This document shows, in pieces, positions 50,201 through 62,215 of a DNA stretch of 64,000 nt. How positions within the stretch are numbered: the first letter of the stretch is position 1; every line of letters starts with the position of its first letter. Location of the stretch: contig NMRA01000445.1 in NCBI GenBank assembly GCA_002633005.1, positions 311,816 to 375,815 on the forward strand. Reading direction: 5' to 3'. Position numbers and translations under genes: made by a program. This DNA is from Phoronis australis. Its lineage: Eukaryota > Animalia > Phoronida. Under the pieces are notes generated by a model. That model searched no databases, had not been told where the DNA came from, and saw only the letters and a list, made by a program, of their open reading frames with translations.

Positions 50201-53200
50201 CCATTAACCACATCACCAAACATCCATTCTCTATGCTTTTTAAAATATCGGTTATAATGAACAATGTTCATGAAGATTGCTGCTAAGTCGCACACTAACT
50301 TAAGAAAGACTACAGCTAATGGGCCCATCCTTTGCACTTATGACGTACATCATGCAGTGCTATTCCCATCATCACGTCATGATACTTACTGGAGGCGATT
50401 CAGTTATTTGTGGTGGATCATTTTTGCCACAAAAACTTGTTCTTTTTTATTATAGCAATTTTCAAGCTACTTTGTATTCACATCATCGCTGTATGGTGTG
50501 TTTCTAACTAATTTGGCCAAGCAATCTCAGAGACTAAGTAATTAGCCTGCAATTTCCTCTTTCAAGCCCGTTTGCAATTGGTTACAATAAATTGCTTGGG
50601 CAGCTGAGACAATCCGCCATAACATGCAACAGTAAGGAACCAGTTTTAGATGAAAAATTGGTTTAAGGTGTACCAGACAGCCTGCAATTATTCTTCTATA
50701 GTAGTATCTAACTATTTCTCAACATGCCACACACAACTGGGTTAATTAAAAAGAGAAGCACACCTGACATTTGCCCATTTGTCGATATCTTGGAGTCAGC
50801 ATTGCAACTCAGTATAATAACTAGGATATCATATAGTGATAGGGGGAGCAGGTCAATTGCTTGACACATGTTGCATTGTGGGTAAATACTTTAGAATGAG
50901 AGTGGTGTTGTGTTATTTCAGGATGGGCAGAAGGCCTCCTATTTGTTGTTTTCACATTCACAAATTGTAAGTGAATACAACTAAACTTTGTTTAATAGCC
51001 TTATATTAAAATAGCATTAAGTAAAATTGCAACTGTGTTAAAATAACATGGTTGTTTAGTTCCTGCTATACATCAGCATAATTAGGAACAAGTAAATACA
51101 TCTTTAAACTCTAGCGCAGGAAATTTCTATCACGAAAAGGGCTGACAGTGGGCGCTGGTCACCAAGAGGGTTTGTCCACCAAGTTTAATCTGTCTGTTTA
51201 AGAATCTATCCAGAATACAACACCAAAAGTAGTGCTTCATAAATGATCAAACCTCAATGGCGGTTTCCATGGCGGCAGAATCGGCAACAAACTGTTCATG
51301 GAACAACTGCAAATTTTCTAAACTTTGGTCAACAGCATTTTCCAAGTCTTTGCCCTCTCTTGTAATTTTCTTCAACTCCTGGAAAGTCGAATCAACTAAC
51401 AGGAAATTGAACAAAGACGAAGCTAGTTCTTTGTTGATCAGTGCCAGACAGCAAAGCAATGTGTCACACCATCAAAAAAATCCTCATACCAACTTATGAA
51501 AAAGTACTCCACCAAGAACGAATGCAACTGGATTCACTTTTTGGGAATTAATAAAACACCAGAAACACAAACACGATGAATCATTTGTCTCCATGACAGC
51601 TTTCAATCTGGCTTGAACTTGTTCTTGTCTCTGATTCTATGTCAAGCACAAAGCGATGTTCTTCTTATTTACAAAAAACTCTTAATGACAAATTTCAATA
51701 AAGTGTGAAAGAAGGGTAACAGTCACTTAGAGGGGTTCCAGATTTTGATAACCAGTTAGATGCCTGTTATTATTAGTCGATGAAACTGGTTCCCAAAATG
51801 CGAGACCCCTGTAAGTGCTACAACTACTGAGTTTCCAAAAGAACCATAAAATATTATGCAAAGCACTGGCTAATCGCCTCACAACAAAACCTCCTGAAAC
51901 TTCCTGAAACGTTCATTACATCCAAAGGTCAGTGCGAACAAATCAGATTGTGTACAGCAGAGCCGGTGTAAAGACTTGTGTAATAGAACATTACACACCA
52001 CTGAACTCATGATCTTGATCACGTCTGTTGTAGTGCACTGTGACAGTACATACCATTTCTAATTCCATCTTTTTCTTCTCCATTTCCGTCACTGTATGGA
52101 GCAGTGTGTTGAAATCCTTGGGTTGCTTGGTTACAGAAGGCAGAGACTGTGCACAGTTGAAAATTATCCCATTAGTTTAATAAAAGCACTTATTGTTACT
52201 GTGAAAGGGAGCAAGTGATGGTTTCAAACATCTTTTCATTAGAGAATAGTCAGAATTTCAGAACGAGCAATGTTCGAAATTGCGTAGGCGCCAAGCCCTT
52301 ACAGGACTTTACTTTCCTTATCCCAGCAAGGCAATAATCCAAATTGCGCAGTGCAAGATATTTTCATTTGCCGAGTCATTTTTACAGCAAAAGAATAAAA
52401 ATAACCGCAGCTATGTAAATGTTTGTCTTGCAAAGCAGGAAAAGGTCAGGGGTCAGTAGCATGAATGTAACTGACTCCAGACAGAAATTTAGTCTTACAA
52501 CCATTACAGTGAAAATTTACGATTGTGATGAAAAAAGGATTAGACTCGTCATAATGAGTGCATCAGCTGAGAAAAAACATTACGGAAATTACCTCCTTAA
52601 CTACCAGCTACGTGAATAATCTCAAATGAGATTGCTAGTAATGGATGCCTAGTTGGAAAATTGGGAAATCCATTCTCGACACCCTACTTTAGAAATCATG
52701 GATGTACACCTGCATGGCTCAAACGTTGTGCAGCACAACCTTTGAATATATGCAGGTAGAGTTCTAAACAAATGCTGTGCAATGTACGCATGAAGTTGTT
52801 TCTATGCTCCACCCCAGAAGTTGCTACCTGTTTGCTAACAACAGTGAACACGTGTGAACAGAATGATGTGTGGGAAAACATTGAGCGACTACACAATGGC
52901 TTTACATTGACAAAGTTTGGTCTTACGTTACTTGGAAATGAAGCTCTCGACTTCAGGGCTGGGAATAACCAATGACAAAAGAGAAAATTTACCAGGTGAT
53001 GTATTGTTCTATAAATAAACAGGCTTATGCGATGAGGATGTTTTATGTGTTGTAAAATTTAGTTGCAAGAAATGTTTTTTCCGTGAATTAAGTCAAAATG
53101 ATGATGAAAAAGAGATGAAAAAAGAAGAAACAGGAAATGAAATAAGAGGAAATTGAAACCAACAACGAGGAAATCCTTTTAAAAGAGGAAATTCCAGCCC

Positions 53201-55586
53201 TGGAACTTTCAGACAATTTGTCTGCAAATTACATTTTGGAAAATACCCACAAGTAACTTTTCATATTTTGCAAACGAACTCAAACTTGAGATTTATAACT
53301 CAAGTGTCTACAACACACAGTAAAATCTCACCAGTTCATGAAATAATACGTCTGGCAAGTAAAACTTTATGGCACCTAAATGCAATATTTTGAAAAATTG
53401 TGAGGATTCACATCCATGTTAGAGGACTATGAAAAAATATCAATTTTGACATTACTTTTGTTATTAATTGGAGATTTTACCAGCAGAAAAAGGTGCTTTT
53501 TATCGCTCATCTTACCAGAATTTATCATTTTTTATTTTACTTATCTGTATTACTTGTAATTGTATTAGTCATAATAAATTACCTCATATCGCCTACCTCT
53601 GTCTCTTTTTTATCTCTGGTAACTAGCTTGCGACGTACGTATCCTTTATCTATTATTCGAACATATGTCGATTATAAAAATCCTTTGCTCGCATGTATAG
53701 TATTTACCTCATTTTGATATTCCCGTTGAAGACCTGCATTGATTTGCTTTTGAATGATGTGTCGCTTCTTTCTGAATGCCTTGTATATGTAATACACATC
53801 GGGGTGATGTCTGTAAACAAACGAGCAATTTTAGCATGAACAGTTCAAATAGATAAGCAGATGAAATGCCTTTAATAAACCAGTTTACAGGTTTAATTAT
53901 TCCCTCATCAAATATAAACCAGACACTAAATTTTAACACCTTTTGTAACATTCATTTACGGATTTGGAGCAGTAAATGAGTGAAAAAGCAAAGACACACA
54001 AATAGCCAACCTGTAGTGACCTTGATCTTACCAGTCCTTCGGTGAGGGTCACAAAAAGAATCCTATATTGACACCCTCAATGTCAAGATTGTGCAACTTG
54101 ACCCCTTTGAGTACCTCAAAATCTGGCTCACTGGTCAAAGACTGTAGACACCATGTTTTAGTTAACTACATTGCCTCAGGTTGCTGATGTTATCATTTTC
54201 TAGACAATCAGATCGATCACCAGCACACAGGGGGTGACAAAAAATTTTCACTAAGAGAGTTTCTAAATAGTTGAATAGTTCGTGAAAAGTACACACGATT
54301 AGGTTTGTGATTTTTGAAAATGGTTCAAGAAATGTGACTTTTACAACATAAAACTTTGTAAAATATTGCCATATTGTGCTCTTCATTATAATTCTGATGT
54401 GTGTACAACATAATAGGGCCAATTACCAAACCAGCAGGCAGCAGTTGGATTTTGAGGTAATCCAAGTGTCACACCGTACAATTCTTGTCTTGGCTCACGA
54501 GTTACAAACGTTGTTTAGTTTTAATCATTATGCTTCCTGGATTGTTTTAATTGAATTATGGGTATCAGACTTACAATGTTAATACTAAATTTTGTTTGCC
54601 TTATGGCACACTACATGGGTGAACCCAAACTAACACATCAGATGGTAAACATTCAACATCGGTTTTCATTTACATAAGTTTTGGTGTTACTTCGTAAGAC
54701 AAAAAGTAATTATTTTACAGAGGAAAAAAGTGTAAAGTTCTCTTAATCAGAACTAAATTCACCACATAAGGCTTTTTTTCTTAACCTATACGATTCATCT
54801 AGGTCATCTGACTACGGAAGGCTAGGCAGAAACTCTTCCAAAATTCATGCGGTTATCACCAATTACCCTCTGACACAGCGCCACCTATACTGACAAGTGG
54901 CCTACTGGAAACATAATGAATGACACACGGAATTCCGTGTGTGGGCACCAATGCGCATGCTTGGTCAGAAGTTCCTCAATCACATCGCCACCACTTGCAC
55001 ACGCCTTCAATGCACTGTACTTGTTTGGGCTTAGCCACAAGATCGGAGCTCCCTTGATTTTGTTTACTTTTATTACTGCACCTTTTAATAAATTGCAACT
55101 ACACAAGTCAAAGGTGGTCGCCATACTATGCAGCTGTAAACTGAAAGGGGTTCCCAGATTTCAACCAATGGGAATAACTGAATGTTATGATGTCGGTTTC
55201 CAATGAGAAGCCACATGATCAAAAACATTTCGTAGCACTGTGAAAGAGTGTAATCAACCATCTGCTTTTCAACTTCCAGAATTGTGGCAAAGATAAACCA
55301 AGGTCAAGGACTAATGCTTAGGCCAAATAAAAGTTCTTCGAAAGATTGCTAAATTGTCTACGAAGTGGCTCGGAACTTAAGACAATGCAACTGTTAATTA
55401 GAGACGATATGGTACCATCTACTCGGAAGATGGACACATGACACAGACTCGCAGTGCTGTGCGTGAGCTTGCAATCCTGCATATAATCTCAAGATTAAGC
55501 TGAAGTGAGTGTTGCATGAACACGGAATTGAATATTCTTTAAGGCAAAAGGGAGAAATTTTGTTCGCTGAAAAGAATTTTTGTAAT

Positions 55587-56051
55587 TGTAGTAATAGCCG
55601 AGAACACCCGCCTCGGTACTCGAACCCGCGACCCCAATAAAACCGGCAAGCGTGCTAACCTTTCAGCTAATAGGCAATTGCCCGTTAGCGAGTAGCTAAC
55701 AGAGGCTAATATAATTCACTGGAAGCACATCTACAACATTCCCCCCCTTTCCTACGGAACGGGCACGCGACAGGAAGGTGAACACCAGGATGTCTCGCAT
55801 ACAGGTCGTCAACGTCCCTTGGTACCTTTACCACCACAACACAGGTGAACACAAGGTCGTCTCTCATACAGGTCCTTGACTCCTGGAACCTTCCACGCGC
55901 GCTGTCCCGAGGTCCGTAGTTGGCAGTCCTTCATCGGTAGATCATCCGTTTGCCGACTACGTCATTTGTAATTATAGCCGAGAACACCCAACTCGGGACT
56001 CGAACCCGCGACCCCCATAAAACCGGCAAGCATGCTAACCATTCAGCTAAT
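55587..56051 (-). mobile_element. TRIM (miniature LTR retroelement) copy 1 with a tRNA-derived LTR segment
   Basis: LTR about 55587-55738, ~230-bp non-coding interior, second LTR from 55967 cut by N. Minus-strand PPT AAAGGGGGGGAA and a PBS-like segment (TGACGTAGTCGGCA). Confidence 0.85.
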
Positions 56052-56056
56052 NACAG

Positions 56057-56454
56057 TGTAGTAATAGCCGAGATTACCCGACTCGGGGATCGAACCCGCG
56101 ACCCCCCATAAAACCGGCAAGCGTGCTAACCATTCAGCTAATAGGCAATTGCCCGTTAGCGAGTAGCTAACAGAGGCTTATATAATTCACCGGAAGCACA
56201 TCTACAACATTCCCCCCTTTCCTACGGAACGGGCACGCGACAGGAAGGTGAACACCAGGATGTCTCGCATACAGGTCATCAACTTCCTTGGTACCTTTAC
56301 CACCACAACACAGGTGAACACAAGCTCGTCTCTCATACAGGTCCTTGACTCCTGGAACCTTCCACGCGCGCTGTCCCGAGGTCCGTGGGTACTAGTTGGC
56401 AGTGCTTCATTGGTAGATCATCCGTTTGCCGACTACGCCATTTGTAGTAATAGC
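56057..56454 (-). mobile_element. TRIM copy 2 with a tRNA-derived LTR segment
   Basis: LTR 56057-56209, interior 56210-56442, next LTR from 56443 cut by a gap. Minus-strand PBS TGGCGTAGTCGGCA (56427-56440) is complementary to the tRNA-Ser 3' end. Confidence 0.88.
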
Positions 56455-56482
56455 NNNNNNNNNNNNNNNNNNNNNNNNNNNN

Positions 56483-56529
56483 GGGGGGCGCTTATAGGGG
56501 CATGGGCGGTTATTACGGCGAATACGGTA
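56483..56529. mobile_element. Terminus of a pogo/Tigger-like MITE
   Basis: GGGGCGCTTATAGGGGCATGGGCGGTTATTACGGCGAATACGGTA; the complementary subterminal motif occurs at about 44531-44566. Confidence 0.5.
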
Positions 56530-56659
56530 ATAGAATTCCAATCCTTATCCTTATTTATATGTACTCCGGTTTGACATGTTGTTACCACCACTATTTCAAA
56601 CAGGTTTGACATCATAGGAAGAATGATATTTCTTTCATTACTATGTAGACCGGGATCCC

Positions 56660-57130
56660 AGAGCATTTTTGGGCATGAAAAGGTAACCAATTTTCTTTGG
56701 TGCCACAGTGCCCTATGAGTATCCTGATGCTTGGAAATGGTTGTCTAGCAGGCTCGTTCTGGTGGGTGTGGTCAAAGGAGGCAAGAGAATGACACTCAAA
56801 AATTGAGCTATATCAACCTTTCTGGTAACCACTTCAAACTGCCTTGGATACCTACCATGTAATCCAGTGCATCAAAATTGGTCATTGCCAGACAATTTCA
56901 GTGGTGGGGAGTATCAGCCAGACAGTTATAAACAAGGTGCAAAAATTGAGCTAGATCAATCCAAGAGGTAACCGCGTGAAACCAGTTGCAAAATATTCAC
57001 CGTGAGCCCAGGTATCACGAATAAACACTGCCAGACAAATCTAGTGGTGGGTTAGCCTCGCCAGACACGCCCAAATACCCGAGTTGAGCTAGATCAACCC
57101 ACAAGGTAACCGTTTGAAACCAATTGCACG
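56660..57130. repeat. Diverged ~140-bp tandem repeat, 3-4 units
   Basis: Recurrent TTGAGCTAGATCAA...GGTAACC...AAAC and TGCCAGACAA...AGTGGTGGG at about 140-bp spacing. Confidence 0.7.
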
Positions 57131-57477
57131 ATGTTCAGCATCACTGTACGTGACACAAGTGTTAGTGAATGATTTGAAATTTGTTTTTTAATTTCTAATT
57201 TAAAAATCGTCTTCCATTTCTATTATTAGGTTTTCACTAAGTGAGTAACAACTCGGTAAATAATCTGCTCAAAATTTGTGAATTTATGCCCAATCTTGGG
57301 TACTCCTGTACTTCTAGCCCAATTTCGATACGAACCTGCATTTTTGCATACAGTACACAGGTCTGACATACACTGAAGAGGCCAAGACCAAAACTCAAAA
57401 GCAAACCAATAAAAGCAAATTGCTCCATTGCTTGGCAAACATCAGCATTTCTAATGCAAAGCCTTACATGTACTTAC

Positions 57478-57843
57478 CATCCAATATAAGTTGAGTAAAA
57501 ACAGGTGGGACAGCTATGTTGCGGTTTTTAGTAAACTTTACTTTGTACTCTCCCTGATCACTTGTTGTAATTCCACTTAGAGTGATGGTGAACTGAGTCC
57601 TGCCAGAATAGTAGTTAGTAGAAGCACGGGTTTCATGAAGTCCTGAAAATGATCCATTGGGGAAATTCTGGCCTTGAACAGCGAGAGGTGCAGAAAACAC
57701 ATTCTGTTGGCCCTTATTCAATGCAAAACTGTTGAAGGTATCACCACCACTCTCTGTGTAGCTGATTTCAAATACAGCTAAACCTCCCTTCACCGCGATG
57801 ATCTCACTAGGAACATTCACATCAAGAGCTGCATCAACAACAC
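57478..57843 (-). CDS. Ig V-set-like extracellular domain exon of an unidentified secreted or membrane protein
   Basis: TTATTACAG acceptor and GTAAGT donor, 366 nt, phase 1-1. Ends a signal peptide (VVDA), then has a beta-strand pattern: AVKGGLAVFEISY ... FTITLSGITTSDQGEYKV ... TQLIL. Confidence 0.72.
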
Positions 57844-57999
57844 CTGTAATAAACAAGAGTAAAGCATTTAGCATGGAAATACACCCAAAACTGCACCACA
57901 AATCGGTATGCTTCAATGGGTTTTTATCATTAAATAGCATACATGGTAATATTAAATTCAGACTTATTTTGGTATCCCAGACAAGCACATGATAAAAGC

Positions 58000-58160
58000 C
58001 AGGTGTGGATTCAGGATTTTGAGTTAGGGGGAAGGCTAGGGCAGAGTATTAGCCAGGATTTTGCCTGTCAGACATTCGCACACCCGAACTGCCAAATGGA
58101 ATCTCGGATAATTTTAGGAAGGGCCATGGCCCCCTTGCACCCTTTCTGTATCCGCCACTG
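58000..58160. mobile_element. MITE related to 16638-16944
   Basis: CAGGTGTGGATTCAGGATTTTGAGTTAGGGGG ... TGTATCCGCCACTG. Confidence 0.6.
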
Positions 58161-59689
58161 AAAACCCCTCAAAAATCTGCCAAACAATTTCTTACAATAC
58201 CGAAAAACCAACCAGCGAGTGCTGCAGTACAGTTGAACTTCGTTACTGGGACATATCAAAGATTTTCTTTGTAATCAAGGTTAGCAGCAGCAAGCAAACC
58301 AACTTTTGAGACTAAATAAAAAAACCACTAGTAGAGTACCAGAACATCACTGTTGCCTTTTCATTGGTAAAAATACAAAATTAACATGGTCCAGGGCTGC
58401 ATACTGTATGTAGCAAAAACTTGAACAAGTCAGAAGCACATATCGTTACATACTCGTAACATTCCAGCAAAATACAGGTAGAGTCATGCTGTCGTAACAT
58501 TAAACAATAAACTGATAGGTTTTCATTTGGTCCACATTTTTGATACATAAGGATGTCAACCCGTGTGCCCAGCCACGTACAGCAAATCACGTCCCTGTGT
58601 GTCACTCGCGCTGGGAAGCATGCGCTGGTTCCCTGTAAAGTTGGTGAAAATTAAATTGGCATATTATTACCATATGAACGTTGTATCCATGTCATTGAAA
58701 CCGAAGTATAGAAAGCATTTAGTGCATTGGAGAAAGTGGAACTTGCAGAATGGAATACTGGGTAATTGTTACTTGATTCGAGTGTAGTCCAATCTGTTGA
58801 ATAACCAGCTTGTGTTGATACATCCCAACCAAGAACGCTTCTATCTGTCCTGTTTTGAAAATAACAGACAAGCAATATTTTGTCGTAGAATCTGCAGACA
58901 ATTGTAACTGAAGCTCCGACATACCTCAGTGTCACCCATGACATGTTTTGAATCATGAGGCGTGTCTAGTTTAGGTTGCCTGCATTACATCTCAATAACA
59001 ATGCATGGATTTGCTGCATATAAAAGAAATTTTTTAAACTAGCTATAAAACTGCCTTCCTTCACAACAACCAACTCCAGATTTTGAAAACTTAAGTCTGA
59101 ATTGTTACGAAGTCAAAATAGAAAAGATTTCTGGGCTTGGAGTTTATAATTGTTTAAGACCGATTTTACAAGTTAGGCTTGTCACTAGATATAATTTTAC
59201 TTGCCAATCCCGGTCTCAAACAATAACAAAGTGGAATTTTCTTTTTTTTGCCAGAGCAATGCAGATCATAGAATGTGCCCATGACTGTAATGTAAATGGT
59301 ATACTTCTAGGGGGGTTATTGGTATCATTCATAACAATGGCCATTAAATGGCAGAGAATATCATCCAATGTGTTCGTAATGGGAAGGCAAACATGAAGAA
59401 AACATAATCCCATTTGGAGGCAAAGCTTGACTGTCAAGGCCATGTATAATAAAAATGCAACTGGCTTTACCAAGACACTTAAGTAACTCAGACTGTTTAC
59501 ATCGTGGAAGACACTGCTGCTGAAAACTTTCCTTCTAGTTAAGACTTTTTGAACTTATCGACTTTGACATTACATTAGTATGAAAGTTGCAATCTTTTTT
59601 AAACAAAATGTTTCCACATACAGTTTCAAACTAAACTTCTGTTACAGCTGCACCACACTCGAAAACCATACTTCATAAGTGCTCTCCAG

Positions 59690-61876
59690 ACACAACTGCT
59701 CTCTCTGACAGCTAAACCAACTCTAACTCAGTATTTGGATATTTGAATAGACAGTGAACAGTTTTGTTGCAAGCTCTTTGATGTTATTAAGGGAACATGT
59801 TTAATCATTCAAAGTGGGTGATTACCTCCCAGTGGCCTTTTCAGAACTGACAAGCCTATTTAAATTGTATCTTTATAGAAGAGTTCTATCATATTTTACA
59901 CGTTCGGCACGCTAGCGTGTCACATTTTACACGTTTGACACGCTAACGTGGCAAATTTTACACGTTTGACACGCTAACGTGGCAAATTTTACACGTTTGA
60001 CACGCTCAAAAGTGTGTCAAACGTGTAAAATTCTCACCCGGGAAGAGAGCGATGTCCTTGGTAACTCATAATGAAAGAGTAAGAGGGAACTATTATTAAA
60101 ATCTCTTGGTCTATTTGCACCGACCTCTGTTCAGCTTACTTATCCTAAACTGTTCTCTTTTGAGTCTGTGAGGGGTACTGGCCAGGAGTTTCTCGATTAT
60201 TTTTACAGAAAGTTCTTGTTACCAGTTACCCCGCCCCCCCTTCATTATATAGTCATTGTTTGCAGTATTTCACACCCGCCGTGTCCCACTGTGTGTGTCA
60301 TCAGTTTATCCTCTGTGGTGGCATTACTACGTCATTTTATCTTCACTTGAGAATGAAACAAGTATGTTTCGAAATATCGTGTTCCTTTCAATTACGTCGC
60401 TAGGTCAGTTACTTTATCTATGTTCAGTTTAGAGTAGTTTTGTTCCAAAGGTACATGTATGAACGTAACTGAATAAAGACTGTCAACAATAATATGTGTA
60501 TAAGTGCCGTGCGTTTAATCAATTCTGCATATCCGAAAAGATCTTGTACATTGTATTTTTTGGAAATGAAATGATTACTATAGTGTCAGGAATGTTTTTA
60601 ATGTAATATGTTAAATCTATGATTGCAAAACCGAGTTTGTACATTATGTCTAGTTTGTCCTACATATTGACATGTTATTAGGTAAATCATATTGTTGGTA
60701 GTGCAGTCAGAATCATGTTTTGCTTTGAAGTGTTCACTGGTTTGAGAAGACTTGAAGGAACCATAGTCATTGATAAAGTTACACATTTTGCATCTAGATT
60801 TGTTACATTGTGTGTTGCCAATAGATTTGTCACTTTGGTTTTTATAACTAGATGATTTTTTAAGCTTTTTCATTTTCTCCAATAAATTAGAGGTGGATGA
60901 GGAAATAGGTTTTTCATTTGAGGGTAATTATACAGAATGGAAAGATGCTTTCTGAAGACGTGGCTAATTCCGTTTAAACATGGATGAAAGGTTTGCCATT
61001 AACAGTTATCTTTCACTTTTGTTCTTGAAGATTTATTTCTTCTGATTGAGCGGACTTAGTCAAACTGTTTGTGTATCAGATGTAAGGGGAAATGATGTAT
61101 TGCACTTAGAATTCATCGCAGTGCGAATTTCAGAAGAAAAAAATGCATGATGTTGGTCATGCACCCATTAACTTATTTTGCATAAAGAGCAGCGAAATAC
61201 TTTGACTAGATGCGACATTCCATTATTGCGTGATTGGTTCACTTTGCTTAACCCGGGTGAGAATTTTACACGTTTGACACGCTTTTGAGCGTGTCAAACG
61301 TGTAAAAAAACGTGTAATACGTGTCAAAATTGCCACGTTAACGTGTAAAAAGTGTAAAAACATGACACGCTAGCGTGTCAAACGTGTAAAATTTGCCACA
61401 TTAGCATGTCAAACGAGTAAAATTTGCCACGTTAGTGTGTCAAATGTGTAAAATTTGCCACGTTAACGTGTCAAACGTGTAAAATTTGACACGCTAGCAT
61501 GACAAAAGTGTAAAATTTGCCACGTTAACGTGTCAAACGTGTAAAATTTGCCACGTTAACGTGTGAAACGTGTAAAGTTTGACACCCTAGCATATCAAAC
61601 GTATAAAATGTGACACGCTATGGTGTCAAACGTGTAAAATTTTACACGCTAGCGCGTCAAACGTGTAAAATATGATAGAACTCTTCGATAAAGACACAAT
61701 TTAAATAGGCGTGGCAGTTCTGAAAAGGCCACTGGGAGGTAATCACCCAATCTGAATGATTAAACATGTTCTCTTAATAACATCAAAAAAGTTTGCAACA
61801 AAAGCTTTCACTGACTATTCAAATATCCAAATACTGAGTTAGATTTGGTTTAGCTGTCAGAGAGTGCAGTCGTGTC
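59690..61876. repeat. Long inverted repeat: two arms (59690-60042 and 61252-61876) of a CCC-terminus element with ~31-bp ACACGTTTGACAC satellite
   Basis: About 200 bp of unique sequence plus the satellite are reverse-complementary between the arms; the inner ends are TTCTCACCCGGG and CCCGGGTGAGAA. Confidence 0.85.
60590..60990 (-). mobile_element. Penelope-like element GIY-YIG fragment
   Basis: CNKSRCKMC...DCTTNNMIYLITC-QYVGQT...TRFCNHRFNI. Confidence 0.82.
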
Positions 61877-62215
61877 ACAACATTACTTCTCATGCGCTCT
61901 ATTTTCCTGGAAAATTAACCAAAAAATATTCTGACCACTTTTTAAAATTGGTTGACATCCCTAGCAATGAACGGGTTGCTGTCGCAGATAAAATGTTTGA
62001 GTTAAATTACTCTCAGCTTTGACATGTCTGGGTTATTCCGGAAGTGCCCGTCAGACGGTCATATTGAATAGCAGTTGTGCACCTTTCTCTTTATTGTAAT
62101 GTATAGTTGATGGTAGGCAATGACCATCGCCTCTGTTGACACAAATACAGGCGATGCAGCTCCTATAGGCGCTCCATACGCCGGAAGCTTTTCGGCAAAT
62201 TATGCCTCCATATTA

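Noticed and set aside
56070-56147. Functional tRNA gene
   Set aside because: Acceptor and anticodon stems are degenerate and the sequence is embedded in a repeated LTR.
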